Below are positions 1 to 9,213 of a DNA stretch of 61,144 bases, piece by piece. The position numbers and the translations under genes are program-made. Under the pieces are notes generated by a model. It was not told the DNA's origin and ran no database searches. It saw only the letters and a program-made list of their open reading frames with translations. Source of the stretch: an uncultured Bacilli bacterium (lineage in GTDB: Bacteria > Bacillota_I > Bacilli_A > RF39 > UBA660); contig CALVSA010000003.1 of the NCBI GenBank assembly GCA_944358825.1, positions 1 through 61,144 of the forward strand, given 5' to 3'. Each line of letters opens with the position of its first letter. The stretch's first letter is position 1.

Positions 1-336
1 GGAAGTTATGTATATAATTTAAATTATGGTGATGGAATTTTTAAATATAGTGCATCAACAGCAAAATATATAGATACATATGCTTATGGAACATCATATA
101 CCGATCAAACAGCTTATAATAGAGCAAGATTAGGAGATGCAACCGGAGAAGTAGTTGTTAGTTCTGGTACAGCATGGAATAATGATTACGCGGGCTTCGT
201 CGACTCGTCTGTCCCGTGGTTCCTGCGCGGTGGCAGCTATAGCGATGGCTCTAGCGCGGGCGTGTTCGGCTTCAACGGGGACAATGGAATTTCTGACAGC
301 TACCTCTCGGCTCGTGCGGCTTTGCTTGCGCTGTAA
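1..336 (+). CDS. 3' end of a larger ORF (5' partial at the window edge); the C-terminus resembles a C-type-lectin-fold DGR variable region
   Basis: Frame 1 is open from base 1 to TAA at 334-336 (...GDATGEVVVSSGTAWNNDYAGFVDSSVPWFLRGGSYSDGSSAGVFGFNGDNGISDSYLSARAALLAL*). The scaffold RGG...AGVF...RAAL, with variable residues between, matches my recollection of DGR CLec variable regions. Composition switches sharply to GC-rich at about 188. The listed ORF 155..385 is in the wrong frame. Confidence 0.6.
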   Translation, partial: GSYVYNLNYGDGIFKYSASTAKYIDTYAYGTSYTDQTAYNRARLGDATGEVVVSSGTAWNNDYAGFVDSSVPWFLRGGSYSDGSSAGVFGFNGDNGISDSYLSARAALLAL

Positions 337-342
337 GACTTC

Positions 343-377
343 CGAGGGCTTGCCCTCGTCGAACCACGAAGTGGTTC
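343..377 (+). other. Two tandem GC-rich hairpins directly 3' of the stop codon (DGR target-site hairpin-like)
   Basis: CGAGGG-cttg-CCCTCG at 343-358 (6-bp stem, 4-nt loop). GAACCAC-gaa-GTGGTTC at 361-377 (7-bp stem, 3-nt loop). Both lie inside the GC-rich patch, which runs past the stop to about 385. Confidence 0.6.
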
Positions 378-487
378 CCTTGTGAAACTGTCATTGAATT
401 TCCCTCAAAATAAAGTTTGTTAGGGGCTAATATTAACATAGCGAATAAAATTAGGTTAATATATAAAAGTAACAACAAGAAGTTATA

Positions 488-506
488 GCAAACCTAAAGG
501 GTTTGC
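488..506 (+). terminator. Possible terminator hairpin downstream of the first ORF
   Basis: GCAAACC-taaag-GGTTTGC, a 7-bp stem. The downstream T-tract is weak (gttggttt). Confidence 0.3.
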
Positions 507-686
507 GTTGGTTTCGAGCGAAGCGAGAAAAAAATTTTGAAAAAAAGATAACTATTACATATAGTAATATATAACTTTATGTTATTAAGAGATTAGTATA
601 TAATTATTTAATTTAATTATATTAAACTACTTTCTTTTTTTTTTAATATTTGTTATAATTTATATGATAAGAGGATTGGTGATATT

Positions 687-1022
687 ATGTTAGATAATAA
701 GGGTCAAGCTTTAATTGAGTTTATTTTGATATTGCCAGTGTTACTTTTACTTTTATTTGTTATTGTGGATTTTGGTGTTATTTTTAGTGCTAAATCTAAT
801 TTAGAGAATGTTAGTAATGATATTATTTCTTTATATAAGGATGGTGATGATATTAATTCTATTAAATCTTTATATAGTGATTATGATATTTCTTTAGAGT
901 TAGATAATGATTATGATAAGTTTATTATTAGTTATTCTGTTGATTTGATTACTCCTGGTATGAATCGTATTTTATCTGATCCTTATGTTATTAAAGTAGA
1001 AAGGGTAATTAGTAATGCTTAA
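687..1022 (+). CDS. TadE-like Flp/Tad pilus assembly (pseudopilin-like) protein
   Basis: N-terminus MLDNKGQALIEFILILPVLLLLLFVIVDFG fits the TadE N-terminal hydrophobic signature. First gene of a tightly packed tad operon. Confidence 0.7.
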   Translation: MLDNKGQALIEFILILPVLLLLLFVIVDFGVIFSAKSNLENVSNDIISLYKDGDDINSIKSLYSDYDISLELDNDYDKFIISYSVDLITPGMNRILSDPYVIKVERVISNA

Positions 1023-1329
1023 TAATAGGGGTCAAGTATTAGTTTTATTTTTATTACTTATACCAATTATTTTAATTGTTTTGGTGTTAGTTATTGATAT
1101 TGGTAATGTTAGTAATGAGAAGCTTGCTTTAGAAAATATTTGTTCTTTGGCTAGTGATGAGGAGGATATTGATAAGTTTGTTTCTTTAAATGATAAGGAT
1201 ATTGATGTTAGTATTAAGGATAATAAAATTATATTAGAAAAAAGAGTTGATGGTCTTTTATCTCATATTATTGATTTAGATTTTTTTGATTTAAAGGTCA
1301 TTTGTGAAAAGGGTGAGGATAATGGTTAA
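1015..1329 (+). CDS. TadE/TadG-like pilus assembly protein
   Basis: N-terminus MLNNRGQVLVLFLLLIPIILIVLVLVIDIGN (Tad_N-like). Overlaps the previous gene by 8 nt. Confidence 0.6.
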   Translation: MLNNRGQVLVLFLLLIPIILIVLVLVIDIGNVSNEKLALENICSLASDEEDIDKFVSLNDKDIDVSIKDNKIILEKRVDGLLSHIIDLDFFDLKVICEKGEDNG

Positions 1330-2104
1330 TAAATCAGGTAAAATTATATGCGTTACTTCTGTTAAAGGTGGGGTAGGAAAAACTACTACTTTACTTAATT
1401 TAGCGGGTATTTATTCTTTAGAAAAATATAGGGTTTTAATTTTAGATCTAGATTTATTTGCGGGTGCAATTGCGGTTAATTTGGATATTAGAAATAAAAA
1501 AGATATTTTTATGCTTATTGATAGTATTAGTAATAATAGATTTACTACTTTAAGTGATTATGTTAGTGTTTATAATAAAAATATTGATGTTATTGCCTCT
1601 CCTAAAGATCCACGTCAAGCGCTTAAGATTGATGGAAAGTATTTGCCGGTTGTTTTTGATATTGCAAAGAGGGAATATGATGTTATATTAGTTGATACTA
1701 ATCATGTATTAGATGAGGTTAATTTAACTATTTTGGATTATTCTTATATGTCTTTATTTATTATTTCTAATGATATTGCGGATTTAAAAAATATGAAGAG
1801 TATTGTTAGTATTTTTAAGGATGCGGATAAGACTAATTATCTTATTTGTCTAAATAATTCTAAAGATAGTTCCAAGGTTTATATGTCTTTATTTGATATA
1901 AAAAATGTTATTAAGAAAAATGTTAGTTATGTTATTGATAAGAGTTTTTATATTAAAAATATTGATAAATTTGTTTTAAATGGTGAGATTCTTACTTTAA
2001 ATAAGTCTATTAATAGATTTCATAGTAGTGATATAAATAATTTAAAAAAGCTTGCGTTAGATTTAATTGATGATAAACATAGTAAGGAAGTGGATCATGA
2101 GTAA
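1322..2104 (+). CDS. TadZ/CpaE-like ParA/MinD-family ATPase of the Tad system
   Basis: Deviant Walker A motif VTSVKGGVGKTTT. I prefer ATG 1322 over the listed GTG 1304 because an SD-like aagggtgagg lies just upstream. Confidence 0.75.
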   Translation: MVNKSGKIICVTSVKGGVGKTTTLLNLAGIYSLEKYRVLILDLDLFAGAIAVNLDIRNKKDIFMLIDSISNNRFTTLSDYVSVYNKNIDVIASPKDPRQALKIDGKYLPVVFDIAKREYDVILVDTNHVLDEVNLTILDYSYMSLFIISNDIADLKNMKSIVSIFKDADKTNYLICLNNSKDSSKVYMSLFDIKNVIKKNVSYVIDKSFYIKNIDKFVLNGEILTLNKSINRFHSSDINNLKKLALDLIDDKHSKEVDHE

Positions 2105-3422
2105 AAAATTAGTAGAGGCTTTTGATGTTAAGCCTAAAAATGTTACTGTTCAAAATATAGCGGATTATGATATTTTTCCAGATAAGGCTTTACTTGATTC
2201 ACTACGTAGTAAGATTATTCAAGATTTAATTGATAATAATATACCAGATGATGTTGTATTAGAAAAATATATAAATGATGAGATTAATGAGAATTTAGTT
2301 GGTTATGATTTAGATTATTTAGAAAGAAATCATATATTTAACTTAATTCAAAATGAAGTTAATGGTTATGGTCCAATTACTGATTTATTAAAAGATAATG
2401 CAATTACTGAAATTATGGTTAATGGTACTAATGATATTTATGTAGAAATTGATGGTAAATTAATTAAAGATGAGACTGTTTCTTTTATTAATGAAGAACA
2501 TATTATTAGAACTATTCAAAGGATTGTTCAGCCTTTAGGTAGAACAATAGACGCTGCTAATCCGATGGTAGATGCAAGACTTCGTGATGGTTCTAGGTTG
2601 AATGCTATTATTCCGCCTTTATCTTTAAAAGGACCAGTCTTAACTATTAGAAAATTTGCTAAAGAGTTAGAAAATGTTGAAGATTTATTAGTTAAAGGAA
2701 CTTTAACAGCGGAAATGGCACGTTTTTTAGAGGCTTGTGTACAGGCAAAGCTTAACATTATTATATCTGGTGGTACTGGTACAGGTAAGACTACGCTTCT
2801 AAATATTTTAAGTAGTTTTATTGGTGAGGATGAGCGTATTATTACTATTGAAGATGCTGCAGAACTTAGATTACAACAAAGTCATGTTATATCACTAGAA
2901 ACAAGACTTGTTAATTATGAGGGAGAAGGAGAAGTTACAATTCGTGATTTAGTTAGAAATTCTCTTCGTATGCGACCTGATCGTATAATTGTAGGTGAGG
3001 TTAGAGGAAAAGAAGCTTTTGATATGTTGCAAGCAATGAATACTGGTCATGAAGGTTCTATTACAACACTCCATTCTAATAGTCCTGAAGATGCAGTAAG
3101 TCGCCTAGAGACTATGCTTCTTATGAATGATATGGAGCTTCCTGTTAGTGCTGTTCGTGGTTATATTGCTAATGCGATTGATATTATTATACAAATAGAT
3201 AGAATGAGTGATGGTAGAAGAAGAATTACTAGTATTTGTGAAGTAGTTGACTTAAAAGATTTAAAAGTCGAGATGAAAGAGATTTTTGCTTTTACTCAAA
3301 AGGGTATTGCAGATGATAATTCTGTTATTGGTGAATTTTCTTTTAGTAAAAAAGTTCCTTTGGTTTATGATAAAATTAAACGTAAAGGTATAAATACTAT
3401 TGATGATTTATTTAAGAAATAG
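2097..3422 (+). CDS. cpaF: CpaF/TadA secretion ATPase (VirB11-like)
   Basis: Walker [10 protein letters not shown], plus [22 protein letters not shown] and [13 protein letters not shown] motifs. ATG 2097 follows the SD aaggaag and overlaps the tadZ stop (ATGAGTAA). Confidence 0.9.
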   Translation: MSKKLVEAFDVKPKNVTVQNIADYDIFPDKALLDSLRSKIIQDLIDNNIPDDVVLEKYINDEINENLVGYDLDYLERNHIFNLIQNEVNGYGPITDLLKDNAITEIMVNGTNDIYVEIDGKLIKDETVSFINEEHIIRTIQRIVQPLGRTIDAANPMVDARLRDGSRLNAIIPPLSLKGPVLTIRKFAKELENVEDLLVKGTLTAEMARFLEACVQAKLNIIISGGTGTGKTTLLNILSSFIGEDERIITIEDAAELRLQQSHVISLETRLVNYEGEGEVTIRDLVRNSLRMRPDRIIVGEVRGKEAFDMLQAMNTGHEGSITTLHSNSPEDAVSRLETMLLMNDMELPVSAVRGYIANAIDIIIQIDRMSDGRRRITSICEVVDLKDLKVEMKEIFAFTQKGIADDNSVIGEFSFSKKVPLVYDKIKRKGINTIDDLFKK

Positions 3423-3434
3423 AGGTGAAAAAAG

Positions 3435-4430
3435 ATGGGGTTATTAATTATTCAAATTATTATTGTAATTATATTATTAGTAATTATTATTTATATGATT
3501 AGGCAAAATATAGCTCTATCTTATGAGAAGAGAATTAGTAATTATAGTATTGATTCATTAAAGAGTAAAGAAATATCTTTATCTGATAAACTTTTTCTTA
3601 AGTATAAAAAACTTGTTATTAAATTTCGCCCCTTTATAAGTAAAGTTGGTTTGTTTAAGTTTTTATCTAAAAAATATGAAAAATATATTGTATATACAAA
3701 TGATAAGGATAATATATTAGCAATTGATTATGTTACTCATAAGTTGTTTATTGGTTTAGCTTTAGTATTACTTACTATATTTTCTTTAGTATTACAAACT
3801 AGACTTGCTACTTTATTTGAGTTAGTTATAAACTTTTTAATTGGGTTTTTTATTCTCGATATATATTTATGGTATAAAGATAGATTGTATAAAAAAAGAA
3901 TCGATAATGAATTATTACGAGCGGTTATTGTTATAAATAATGCTTTTAAATCAGGTAAGTCTACTATGCAATCACTTGAGGCTGCTTCTTATGATTTGCC
4001 GGAACCTATTAGAAGTGAGTTTTATAAGATGTATCAAGAGATGAAATATGGACTTGGTATTGAGACTGTTTTTGATAGATTTAGTAAAAGAATAGATTTA
4101 GAAGAGATAAAATATATATCTTCTTCGCTTGCTATTTTAAATAAGACTGGTGGTAATATTATTAAGGTTTTTGATTCGATAGAAAAGACTTTATTTGATA
4201 AGAAAAAGTTAAAAGAAGAACTTAAAAATATGACTGCTAGTTCTAATTTAGTTGTTAAGTTATTGATGGTTGTTCCACCTATTTTTGTTCTTGTTATATA
4301 TATATTAAATCCTAGTTATTTTGATCCTTTCTTTGAGACTAATTTAGGTTTAGTTTTATTAGGCTTAATTGTTATTATGTTTGCTATATATATATGGGTG
4401 TTACAAAAGATATTAAAGGTTAAGGTGTAA
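3435..4430 (+). CDS. tadB: TadB-like type II secretion system F-domain membrane protein
   Basis: Polytopic membrane protein directly after cpaF, with a T2SSF-like central soluble region (SGKSTMQSLEAAS...). Confidence 0.75.
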   Translation: MGLLIIQIIIVIILLVIIIYMIRQNIALSYEKRISNYSIDSLKSKEISLSDKLFLKYKKLVIKFRPFISKVGLFKFLSKKYEKYIVYTNDKDNILAIDYVTHKLFIGLALVLLTIFSLVLQTRLATLFELVINFLIGFFILDIYLWYKDRLYKKRIDNELLRAVIVINNAFKSGKSTMQSLEAASYDLPEPIRSEFYKMYQEMKYGLGIETVFDRFSKRIDLEEIKYISSSLAILNKTGGNIIKVFDSIEKTLFDKKKLKEELKNMTASSNLVVKLLMVVPPIFVLVIYILNPSYFDPFFETNLGLVLLGLIVIMFAIYIWVLQKILKVKV

Positions 4431-4432
4431 TT

Positions 4433-5134
4433 ATGTCAAAACGAAAAGATTTTAGTAGAAGAATTTTTAATCAAAATAAACTAGATAAATTAGATAATAA
4501 AATAAAGAAATTAGGTATTTATAATAAGATAGAAGCAACTAAATTTATGAGTTTGAGACTTTTTAGTTCTATTGTTATCTTTTTTGTTGTTTTATATATA
4601 TCTGATTTTGGTTATATAGTTGCACCGATAGTTACTCTTTTATATTATTATTTATTTGAGAGAGTTTTAATTGATGAGAGGATAAAGAAAAGGTGTTCTA
4701 AATTAGAACAAGAGGCAATGTATTTTTTTGAAGTTTTGACTTTATCTTTAGAAACAGGAAGAAATTTAGAAGAAGCAATTAAGGTTACGATTAAGAATGT
4801 TGATTCAGAATTATCTGATGAGTTTAAAAATGCAATTAGAGAAATTAAGTTTGGTAAGAGTCTAACAGAGAGTTTAAATGATATGCAAGCTAATATTCCG
4901 TCTGATTCTATTAATAATATAATTTTGACTTTAACACAGGCTGATTTGTATGGTAATAGCATTATTGAATCTTTGTATTCGCAAATAGATTATTTAAGGG
5001 AAAAGAAAAAACTAGAGATGAAAGCGGTTATTTCTAAAGTTCCAATTAAAGTTAGTGTTATTTCAGTTTTGTTTTTTGTACCGCTTGTTTTACTAATAAT
5101 ATTAGCACCTATTTTACTAAATTATTTAAATTAA
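4433..5134 (+). CDS. tadC: TadC-like type II secretion system F-domain membrane protein
   Basis: Second T2SSF-type protein (LSLETGRNLEEAI..., C-terminal TM segment), 2 nt after tadB. Confidence 0.7.
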   Translation: MSKRKDFSRRIFNQNKLDKLDNKIKKLGIYNKIEATKFMSLRLFSSIVIFFVVLYISDFGYIVAPIVTLLYYYLFERVLIDERIKKRCSKLEQEAMYFFEVLTLSLETGRNLEEAIKVTIKNVDSELSDEFKNAIREIKFGKSLTESLNDMQANIPSDSINNIILTLTQADLYGNSIIESLYSQIDYLREKKKLEMKAVISKVPIKVSVISVLFFVPLVLLIILAPILLNYLN

Positions 5135-5181
5135 TGTCTATTTTCTTTAATTTTATGATAAAATAAGAGTGAGGTGATTTT

Positions 5182-5901
5182 ATGTCAGGACATAGTAAAT
5201 GGTCAACTATAAAAAGAAAAAAAGGCGCGATAGACGCGGAACGTAGTAAAATTTTTCAAAAACTTGCTAAAGAAATATATGTAGCTGCTAAAAGTGGAGA
5301 TGCTGATCCTAATAATAATGCTGCTTTAAGAATGGTAATAGAAAAAGCTAAAGGGCAAAATATGCCAAAATCTAATATTCAAAGTGCAATTGATAAGGCA
5401 AAAAGTAAGAATGCTACTGATAGTTTTGATGCTATTATGTATGAGGGTTATGGCCCAAATGGGATTGCAATTATGATTGAGTGTCTTACTGATAATAAAA
5501 ATAGAACTGCTTCTTTTGTTCGTAGTACTTTAACTAAACGTGGTGGTAATTTAGGAACCGATGGTTCTGTTAGTTATTTATTTAAAAGAAAAGGTTTACT
5601 TGTTTTAGATAAAGAATATGAAGAAGATAAGTTAATGGAAGATATAATTGAGCTTAATGTAGAAGATTTTAATGTATTAGATGATAGTTATGAGATAATT
5701 GTTTTACCAAATGACTTTATTAGTGTTAAAGAAGCATTAGAGAATATGGGATATGATAAATTTAGTTTGTCTGAAGTTACTTATATTCCTGATAATTATA
5801 TTACTTTAGATGAGGAAGCAAAAGAGAAAGTTCTTAATTTAATTGATAGTTTGGAACAGTTAGATGATGTACAAAATGTTTATCATAATTTAGATATTTA
5901 G
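5182..5901 (+). CDS. yebC: YebC/PmpR-family DNA-binding transcriptional regulator
   Basis: Diagnostic N-terminus MSGHSKWSTIKRKKGAIDAERSKIF and the typical 239-aa length. Confidence 0.95.
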   Translation: MSGHSKWSTIKRKKGAIDAERSKIFQKLAKEIYVAAKSGDADPNNNAALRMVIEKAKGQNMPKSNIQSAIDKAKSKNATDSFDAIMYEGYGPNGIAIMIECLTDNKNRTASFVRSTLTKRGGNLGTDGSVSYLFKRKGLLVLDKEYEEDKLMEDIIELNVEDFNVLDDSYEIIVLPNDFISVKEALENMGYDKFSLSEVTYIPDNYITLDEEAKEKVLNLIDSLEQLDDVQNVYHNLDI

Positions 5902-5908
5902 GTGGTTT

Positions 5909-6592
5909 ATGAATCCAGATAAGATTGCAAAAATTATTAAAGATATAAGAGTTAAGAATAATTTAAGTCAGCAAAAATTTGCGGATAAATATGGTGTAAC
6001 ATATCAAGCTGTTAGTAAGTGGGAAAATGCGAAGAGTATTCCTGATTTAGCTATTTTGACAAAGATTTGTAATGATTATAATTTGAATTTAGATGAGGTT
6101 TTAGATAATAAGAAAAAAAAGAAAAAATTTATAATTATTTTAATTCCAGTTATTTTAGTAATTATATTGATACTTATTTTTTTACTATTAAATAAAAATA
6201 AAGATTTTGAGTTTAAGACTTTATCTACTACTTGTAATAATTTTTCTTTATATGGTAGTATTGCTTATAATTCTGATAAGATGGCTATTTATATACCTAA
6301 TATTACTTATTGTGGAGAAGAGAATAATGATAAATATGTTAAATTAGAATGTGTTTTGTATGAAAATCATGAATATAGTAAAATAGTTGTTAGTAATTAT
6401 AATTATGAGGGTAAAGAAATTACTTTAGATGAATTTTTAAAACAAGTTAATTTTAAGGTAGATGATTATGAGAAAGCTTGTAAGAGTTATAGGGAGAATG
6501 AACTATATTTAGAAATTAGAGCTACTGATAGTGATGATAATGTAACTTCTTATCAAATACCTTTAACTTTTGATGATGATTGTCTCAACTAA
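5909..6592 (+). CDS. XRE-family HTH protein with a single TM segment and an extracytoplasmic C-terminal domain
   Basis: HTH_3-like LSQQKFADKYGVTYQAVSKWENAKSIPDLAIL, followed by a KKKKKK stop-transfer stretch and a hydrophobic helix. Confidence 0.75.
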   Translation: MNPDKIAKIIKDIRVKNNLSQQKFADKYGVTYQAVSKWENAKSIPDLAILTKICNDYNLNLDEVLDNKKKKKKFIIILIPVILVIILILIFLLLNKNKDFEFKTLSTTCNNFSLYGSIAYNSDKMAIYIPNITYCGEENNDKYVKLECVLYENHEYSKIVVSNYNYEGKEITLDEFLKQVNFKVDDYEKACKSYRENELYLEIRATDSDDNVTSYQIPLTFDDDCLN

Positions 6593-6602
6593 TAGTTGAG
6601 AC
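6582..6602 (+). terminator. Intrinsic terminator overlapping the stop codon of the XRE gene
   Basis: GTCTCAACT-aat-AGTTGAGAC (9-bp stem), followed by TTTT. Confidence 0.6.
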
Positions 6603-6667
6603 TTTTCAACTATTAAGTTATTGTTTTTTTGATAGTTTTATTTTAAAATTAAGTTAAGGAGGAAGTT

Positions 6668-8629
6668 ATGAAGAAAAAAATTTTAATTATTATTTTGATT
6701 TTAGTTTTAATTGCACTTATTTTGCTATTTTTAAATAGTCGTTTAACTAATAATAAAGAGGTTAGTATAGTTAGTAGTATGATTGAAGAACAAGCAAAAA
6801 TAGAGCAAAAATTTAACAGTGAGGGGTATAAGATAGATGATCCTAAGGTTATTTTAAATCCTTATGGTAATTCACCACTTACAGCTTTGGTTATGTTTGA
6901 GACAGAAGATGAAGTGGAAGTAGAACTAACTATTAAAGGAAAAGATGAGTTATCTACTTTTAAACATAAGTTTTCAAGTGCTAAAGAGCATTATTTGCCT
7001 GTTTATGGATTATATGCTGATTATGAAAATGAAGTGGTTATTTCTTATTTAGAAAATGGAAAAGAGGTTAGTAAGACTTTAACTATAAAAACAGACAAGT
7101 TACCAGATGATATTGCTCTTCCTACATCTGTTTATGCTGATAAAGAAAATTTAGTTAATGATTTATATTTCTTTACTCCATCTAGTAGTGGTTATACACT
7201 TGCTTATGATGTAAATGGTGATATAAGATGGTATTTAACTAATTATGCTTTATGGAAGATTGATAGATTATCTAATGGGCATTTACTAGTTAGTAGTGAA
7301 CGTTTGATTTATAGTCCTTATTATATGAGTGGTTTATATGAGATGGATTTACTTGGTAAAATTTATGTGGAATATTCACTAAAGGGTGGATATCATCATG
7401 ATTATTATGAGATGGAAAATGGTAATTTATTAGTTTCATCAGATGATTTTAATAATGAAGATGGGACAGTTGAAGATTATATTGTAGAGCTTGATCGTAG
7501 TAGTGGCGATATTGTTAAAACTTGGGATTTAAAAGATATTTTGAATATGGAAGATGGAAAGAGTGAGAATTGGACTAGTTATGATTGGTTCCATAATAAT
7601 TCTGTTTGGTATGATAAAAATACTAATTCAATAACTTTATCTGGTCGTCATCAAGATGCTGTTATTAATATTGATTATGATAGTGGTAAGCTTAATTGGA
7701 TAGTCGGAGATCCAACTAATTGGAGTAGTGAATATCAAGAATATTTCTTTACTCCTGTAGGGGATGATTTTGAATGGCAATGGAGTCAACATGCGGCAAT
7801 GATTACTCCTGAAGGATATTTATTTTTACTTGATAATGGAAATAATAAATCGAAGATAAAAGAAGAATATGTTCCTGCTAGTGATAGTTATACTAGGGCA
7901 GTTATGTATAAATTAGATACAGAAAATATGACAATTGAGCAAGTATGGCAGTATGGTAAAGAGCGTGGTAGTGAGTTTTATTCACCATATATTTCTGATG
8001 TAGATTATATTGATAAAAATCATTATATTGCCCATTCTGGTGGTATAGTATATGTCGATGGTAAAAATTCTAATCAACCAGCAGGCTTTAGTGAGAATAC
8101 TACTTTAGTATCTGATACTGTTGAAATTATTAATGATAAAGTTGTATTTGAAATAAAACTACCTACTAATAATTATCGAGTTGAGAAGATGAGTTTATAT
8201 ACTGATAATGAGGAATATAGTAAAAAAACTGCTAGTAGGGTTGGTAGTTTAGGAAAAACCAAAATTGATAAGTCGAAACTTACTTTAAATTTAAGTTCTC
8301 AAGAAATTGATGATGAATATAAAAGTCATGAGATTACGATTGAAAAAGAAATTGATCGTTTAGTATTTAGTGGACGTTTCAAAAAGGAACAAAAAGTAAA
8401 TATTATCTTATATAGAAATTTGGCTGCTAATTATTATGAAGTTGATATAAGTAAAAAGCCTTATACAGCTTTATGTGTAGATATTTTAACTGATGAGGAG
8501 ACTGAAAATGGTATTATGGTTACTAAATATATAAATGATGTTGGTTTAGATGGAAAATATTCTATTTATGTTGAGATTGATGGGGTAATTTATAATACTA
8601 ATACGGTGGTTGATTTTGGTGAAAAATAA
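6668..8629 (+). CDS. Arylsulfotransferase (ASST)-family protein, membrane-anchored or secreted
   Basis: N-terminal TM/signal anchor. ASST-like motifs recognised by eye (GGYHHDYY, WFHNNSVWY, WQWSQHAA). 653 aa. Confidence 0.7.
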   Translation: MKKKILIIILILVLIALILLFLNSRLTNNKEVSIVSSMIEEQAKIEQKFNSEGYKIDDPKVILNPYGNSPLTALVMFETEDEVEVELTIKGKDELSTFKHKFSSAKEHYLPVYGLYADYENEVVISYLENGKEVSKTLTIKTDKLPDDIALPTSVYADKENLVNDLYFFTPSSSGYTLAYDVNGDIRWYLTNYALWKIDRLSNGHLLVSSERLIYSPYYMSGLYEMDLLGKIYVEYSLKGGYHHDYYEMENGNLLVSSDDFNNEDGTVEDYIVELDRSSGDIVKTWDLKDILNMEDGKSENWTSYDWFHNNSVWYDKNTNSITLSGRHQDAVINIDYDSGKLNWIVGDPTNWSSEYQEYFFTPVGDDFEWQWSQHAAMITPEGYLFLLDNGNNKSKIKEEYVPASDSYTRAVMYKLDTENMTIEQVWQYGKERGSEFYSPYISDVDYIDKNHYIAHSGGIVYVDGKNSNQPAGFSENTTLVSDTVEIINDKVVFEIKLPTNNYRVEKMSLYTDNEEYSKKTASRVGSLGKTKIDKSKLTLNLSSQEIDDEYKSHEITIEKEIDRLVFSGRFKKEQKVNIILYRNLAANYYEVDISKKPYTALCVDILTDEETENGIMVTKYINDVGLDGKYSIYVEIDGVIYNTNTVVDFGEK

Positions 8630-9161
8630 GAGTTTAACTCCGATTATAGTTTTTGGAATAGTTTTAGTATTTGTAATTGCAATTTCTTATAATATTAGTA
8701 GAATTAATAAAGAAAATACAATTGATAATGAAAATTCTAATCAATCTACTAATAATGATACTACTGGTGCAGATACTACTTCTATTAATAGAAATTCCAA
8801 TATTAGTGATATTGTAATTGATGAAGATAAGATTAATATTTACTTTTTCTATGGTGAGACTTGTCCTCATTGTGAAGAATTATTTGCATATTTTGAATCT
8901 ATTAATGATGAGTATTCTAAATATTATAATATTTATGCATTTGAAGTTTGGAATAATGATGAGAATGCAGAGTTTATGAATAAGTTTGGTAGTGTATTAG
9001 GAGATAATACTGAAAGTAGATCTGTTCCATATTATATTATTGGAGATAAGTCTTTTTCTGGTTATATTGAATCAATGAATGAAGAGATTGAAAATACTAT
9101 TATTAGTAAATATAATGATAGAGCTAATATTAATAGATTTAATGATATTATCAAACAATAA
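8610..9161 (+). CDS. Membrane-anchored thioredoxin-fold thiol-disulfide oxidoreductase (CPHC)
   Basis: N-terminal TM segment, Asn/Thr-rich linker, then the thioredoxin-type motif FFYGETCPHCEEL. The start is uncertain (TTG 8610 or GTG 8619). It overlaps the 3' end of the ASST gene. Confidence 0.65.
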   Translation: MILVKNKSLTPIIVFGIVLVFVIAISYNISRINKENTIDNENSNQSTNNDTTGADTTSINRNSNISDIVIDEDKINIYFFYGETCPHCEELFAYFESINDEYSKYYNIYAFEVWNNDENAEFMNKFGSVLGDNTESRSVPYYIIGDKSFSGYIESMNEEIENTIISKYNDRANINRFNDIIKQ

Positions 9162-9185
9162 GAATTTATAATTAATGAATAAAAG

Positions 9186-9206
9186 TGCACTTCTAAAGGA
9201 AGTGCA
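9186..9206. terminator. Bidirectional terminator between convergent genes
   Basis: TGCACTTC-taaag-GAAGTGCA, flanked by A/T runs on both sides. Confidence 0.6.
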
Positions 9207-9213
9207 TTTAATA

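Noticed and set aside
188-385. GC-rich patch as a stable RNA gene or a random horizontally acquired fragment
   Set aside because: I could find no tRNA or rRNA-like cloverleaf. The patch is in frame with the AT-rich upstream coding sequence and encodes a coherent protein motif. A DGR VR reading explains both the composition and the hairpins better.
155-478. Listed ORFs 155..385 (+) and 272..478 (-) across the GC-rich patch
   Set aside because: They are alternative-frame artefacts of a GC-rich segment. Frame 1 continues the upstream ORF without a break and yields a recognisable lectin-fold C-terminus ending at 336.
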